From Eledone cirrhosa (lineage: Eukaryota), in NCBI GenBank assembly GCA_964016885.1, contig OZ024742.1, positions 373,922,001 to 373,986,000 of the forward strand: a stretch of 64,000 nt of DNA, read 5' to 3'. Below, piece after piece: positions 59,503 to 64,000 of this stretch; within the stretch, counting starts at the first letter, position 1, and each line of letters starts with the position of its first letter. The position numbers and the translations under genes are program-made. A model generated the notes under the pieces. The model saw only the letters and a program-made list of their open reading frames with translations. It did no database searches and was not told where the DNA came from.

Positions 59503-62500
59503 TCTGAGCACTTTTTGTCATGATACGAACACAACCTCTTTACAGTTTGAACTGAGCACTTTTTGTCATGATACCAACACAACCTCTTTACAGTGTGAAC
59601 TGAGCACTTTTTGTCATGATACCAACACAACCTCTTTACAGTGTGATCTGAGCACTTTTTGTCATGATACCAACACAACCTCTTTACAGTGTGAACTGAG
59701 CACTTTTTGTCATGATACCAACACAACCTCTTTACAGTGTGATCTGAGCACTTTTTGTCATGACACCAACACAACCTCTTTACAGTGTGGACTGAGCGCT
59801 TTTTGTCATGACATTAACACAACCACTTTACAGTGTGGACAGAGCGCTTTTTGTCATGACACCAACACAGCCTCTTTACAGTGTGAACTGAGCACTTTTT
59901 GTCTGACACCAACACAACCTCGATACAGTGTGAACTGAGCACTTTTTGTCATGACACCAACACAACCTCTTTACAGTGTGAACTGAGCACTTTTTGTCAT
60001 GACACCAACACAACCTCTTTACAGTGTGGACAGAGCGCTTTTTGTCATGACACCAACACAACCTCTTTACAGTGTGGACTGAGCACTTTTTCTCATGACA
60101 TCAACACAACCACTTTACAGTGTGGACTGAGCACTTTTTGTCATGACACAAACACAACCTCTTTACAGTGTGGACTGAGCGCTTTTTGTCAAGACACCAA
60201 CATAGCCTCTTTAGAGTGTGGACTGGGGGCTTTTTGTCATGACAGCAACACAGCCTCTTTACAGTGTGGACTGAGCACTTTTTGTCATGACCCCAACACA
60301 ACCTCTTTACAGTGTGGACTGAGCACTTTTTGTCATGACACCAACACAACCTCCTTACAGTGTGGACTGAGCGCTTTTTGTCACGACACAAACACAACCT
60401 CTTTACAGTGTGAACTGAGCACTTTTTGTCATGACATCAACACAACTTCTTTACAGTGTCGACTGAGCACTTTTTATCATGACACCAACACAACCTCTTT
60501 ACAGTGTGAACTGAGCACTTTTTGTCATGACATCAACACAACCTCTTTACAGTGTGGACTGAGCACTTTTTGTCAAGACACTAACACAACCTCTTTACAG
60601 TGTGGACTGAGCGCTTTTTGTCATGACAGCAACACAGCCTCTTTACAGTGTGGACTGAGCCTTTTTTGTAATGACACGAACACAATCTCGTTACAGTGTG
60701 GACTGAGCGCTTTTTGTCATGATACCAACACAGTCTCGTTACAGTGTGAACTGAGCGCTTTTTGTCATCACACCAACACAACCTCTTTACAGTGTGGACT
60801 GAGCACTTTTTATCATGACACAAACACAACCTCTTTACAGAGTGGACTGGGCACTTTTTGTCATTACACTAACACAACCTCTTTACAGTGTGGACTGAGC
60901 GCTTTTTGTCCTGACATTAACACAACCACTTTACAGTGTGGACTGAGCACTTTTTCTCATGACATCAACACAACCACTTTACAGTGTGGACTGAGCACTT
61001 TTTGTCATGACACAAACGCAACCTCTTTACAGTGTGGATTGAGCGCTTTTTGTCAAGACACCAACATAGCCTTTTTAGAGTGTGGACTGGGGTCTTTTTG
61101 TCATGACAGCAATACAGCCTCTTTACAGTGTGAACTGAGCACTTTTTGTCATGATACCAACACAACCTCTTTACAGTGTGATCTGAGCACTTTTTGTCAT
61201 GACACCAACACAGCCTCTTTACAGTGTGAACTGAGCACTTTTTGTCTGACACCAACACAACCTCGATACAGTGTGAACTGAGCACTTTTTGTCATGACAC
61301 CAACACAACCTCTTTACAGTGTGGACTGAGCACTTTTTGTCATGACACAAACACAACCTCTTTACAGAGTGGACTGGGCACTTTTTGTCATTACACTAAC
61401 ACAACCTCTTTACAGTGTGGACTGAGCGCTTTTTGTCATGATATTAACACAACCACTTTACAGTGTGGACTGAGCACTTTTTCTCATGACATCAACACAA
61501 CCACTTTACAGTGTGGACTGAGCACTTTTTGTCATGACACAAACGCAACCTCTTTACAGTGTGGATTGAGCGCTTTTTGTCAAGACACCAACATAGCCTT
61601 TTTAGAGTGTGGACTGGGGGCTTTTTGTCATGACCCCAACAAAACCTCTTTACAGGGTGGACTGAGCACTTTTTGTCATGACACCAACACAACCTCCTTA
61701 CAGTGTGGACTGAGCGCTTTTTGTCATGACACAAACACAACCTCTTTATAGTGTGAACTGAGCACTTTTTGTCATGACATCAACACAACTTCTTTACAGT
61801 GTCGACTGAGCACTTTTTATCATGACACCAACACAACCTCTTTACAGTGTGAACTGAGCACTTTTTGTCATGACATCAACACAACCTCTTTACAGTGTGG
61901 ACTGAGCACTTTTTGTCAAGACACTAACACAACCTCTTTACAGTGTGGACTGAGCGCTTTTTGTCATGACAGCAACACAGCCTCTTTACAGTGTGGACTG
62001 AGCCTTTTTTGTAATGACACCAACACAATCTCGTTACAGTGTGGACTGAGCACTTTTTGTCATGATACCAACACAGTCTCGTTACAGTGTGAACTGAGCA
62101 CTTTTTGTCATCACACCAACACAACCTCTTTACAGTGTGGACTGAGCACTTTTTATCATGACACAAACACAACCTCTTTACAGAGTGGACTGGGCACTTT
62201 TTGTCATTACACTAACACACCTCTTTACAGTGTGGACTGAGCACTTTTTTTCATGACACTAAGACAACCTCTTTACAGTGTGAACTGAGCAATTTTTGTC
62301 ATGACACCAACACAACCTCTTTACAGTTTGAACTGAGCACTTTTTGTCATGATACCAACACAACCTCTTTACAGTGTGAACTGAGCACTTTTTGTCATGA
62401 TACCAACACAACCTCTTTACGGTGTGATCTGAGCACTTTTTGTCATGATACCAACACAACCTCTTTACAGTGTGAACTGAGCACTTTTTGTCATGATACC

Positions 62501-64000
62501 AACACAACCTCTTTACAGTGTGATCTGAGCACTTTTTGTCATGACACCAACACAACCTCTTTACAGTGTGGACTGAGCGCTTTTTGTCATGACATTAACA
62601 CAACCACTTTACAGTGTGGACAGAGCGCTTTTTGTCATGACACCAACACAGCCTCTTTACAGTGTGAACTGAGCACTTTTTGTCTGACACCAACACAACC
62701 TCGATACAGTGTGAACTGAACACTTTTTGTCATGACACCAACACAACCTCTTTACAGTGTGGACAGAGCGCTTTTTGTCATGACACCAACACAACCTCTT
62801 TACAGTGTGGACTGAGCGCTTTTTGTCATGATATTAACACAACCACTTTACAGTGTGGACTGAGCACTTTTTCTCATGACATCAACACAACCACTTTACA
62901 GTGTGGACTGAGCACTTTTTGTCATGACACAAACACAACCTCTTTACAGTGTGGACTGAGCGCTTTTTGTCAAGACACCAACATAGCCTCTTTAGAGTGT
63001 GGACTGGGGGCTTTTTGTCATGACAGCAACACAGCCTCTTTACAGTGTGGACTGAGCACTTTTTGTCATGACAGCAACACAGCCTCTTTACAGTGTGAAC
63101 TGAGCACTTTTTGTCATGACCCCAACACAACCACTTTACAGTGTGTACTGAGCACTTTTTGTCATGACACCAACACAACCTCCTTACAGTGTGGCCTAAG
63201 CGCTTTTTGTCACGACACAAACACAACCTCTTTACAGTGTGAACTGAGCACTTTTTGTCATGACATCAACACAACCTCTTTACAGTGTGGACTGAGCACT
63301 TTTTGTCAAGACACTAACACAACCTCTTTACAGTGTGGACTGAGCGCTTTTTGTCATGACAGCAACACAGCCTCTTTACAGTGTGGACTGAGCCTTTTTT
63401 GTAATGACACCAACACAATCTCGTTACAGTGGGGACTGAGCGCTTTTTTTCATGATACCAACACAGTCTCGTTACAGTGTGAACTGAGCACTTTTTATCA
63501 TGACACTAACACAACCTCTTTACAGTGTGGACTGAGCGCTTTTTGTCACGACATCAACACAACCTCTTTACAGTGTGGACTGAGTGTTTTTTGTCATGAC
63601 ACAAACACAACCTCTTTACAATTTTGGACTGAGCACTTTTTGTCATAACACCAACACAACCTCTTTACAGTGTGGACTGAGCACTTTTTATCATGACACA
63701 AACACAACCTCTTTACAGAGTGGACTGGGCACTTTTTGTCATTACACTAACACAACCTCTTTACAGTGTGGACTGAGCGCTTTTTGTCCTGACATTAACA
63801 CAACCACTTTACAGTGTGGACTGAGCACTTTTTCTCATGACATCAACACAACCACTTTACAGTGTGGACTGAGCACTTTTTGTCATGACACAAACACAAC
63901 CTCTTTACAGTGTGGACTGAGCGGTTTTTGTCATGACCCCAACACAACCTCTTTACAGTGTGGACTGAGCACTTTTTGTCATGACACCAACACAGCCCCT

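Larger units (their letters stand above)
1..64000. repeat. 48-bp tandem satellite array, about 1,330 monomers, running off both window ends
   Basis: Consensus ACTGAGC(A/G)CTTTTTGTCATGACACCAACACAACCTCTTTACAGTGTG(A/G) recurs every ~48 bp from the first to the last base. Monomers differ by a few substitutions and occasional 1-4 bp indels. The ORF track shows the matching 16-aa period (LSTFCHDTNTTSLQC[E/G] on +, CWCHDKKCSVHTVKRL on -). Confidence 0.99.

Noticed and set aside
1-64000. All listed ORFs as protein-coding genes (mucin-like on +, Cys/His/Lys-rich on -)
   Set aside because: They arise from the 16-codon period, have no unique domains or signal peptide, mostly start at non-ATG codons, and are broken by amplified frameshifts and stops. 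The common variants change amino acids.
1-64000. CRISPR array
   Set aside because: There are no unique spacers; the entire 48 bp is repeated. No cas genes or leader are present.
1-64000. A real Ig/TCR locus with 12/23 RSS pairs
   Set aside because: Only 8 bp separate successive RSS-like units, all face the same way, and I found no 12-spacer signal or V/J coding motifs.
1-64000. Nucleosome phasing (3 x 48 = 144 bp, 4 x 48 = 192 bp)
   Set aside because: This is a numerical coincidence only. I see no consistent 3- or 4-monomer higher-order period.
1-64000. Centromere or named satellite family assignment
   Set aside because: I do not recognise the family and see no CENP-B box. Function cannot be assigned from sequence alone.

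Overview
The whole 64 kb is one uninterrupted head-to-tail satellite array of about 1,330 copies of a 48-bp monomer, all in one orientation. The consensus is ACTGAGC(A/G)CTTTTTGTCATGACACCAACACAACCTCTTTACAGTGTG(A/G), about 42-44% GC. I found no unique sequence, inversion, transposon, RNA gene or credible protein-coding gene. Every ORF in the track is a by-product of the 48-bp (16-codon) period having a stop-free frame on each strand. The array is organised into nested segmental duplications (about 0.24 to 6.8 kb) and five regional domains defined by diagnostic monomer variants. The most striking feature is that about 40 of the 48 bp of each monomer, read on the minus strand, resemble a V(D)J 23-type recombination signal sequence: CACACTG, 24-bp spacer, ACAAAAAG(T/C). 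Some variants carry an exact 23-bp spacer, a perfect nonamer, or CACAGTA/ACAAAAACT. Each monomer also holds a 10-bp palindrome (TGTCATGACA), which a common variant replaces with a different dyad (TAGTG-A-CACTA). The source is probably eukaryotic heterochromatin (inference); the organism cannot be identified from this window. All comparisons were made by eye, so duplication boundaries are approximate.
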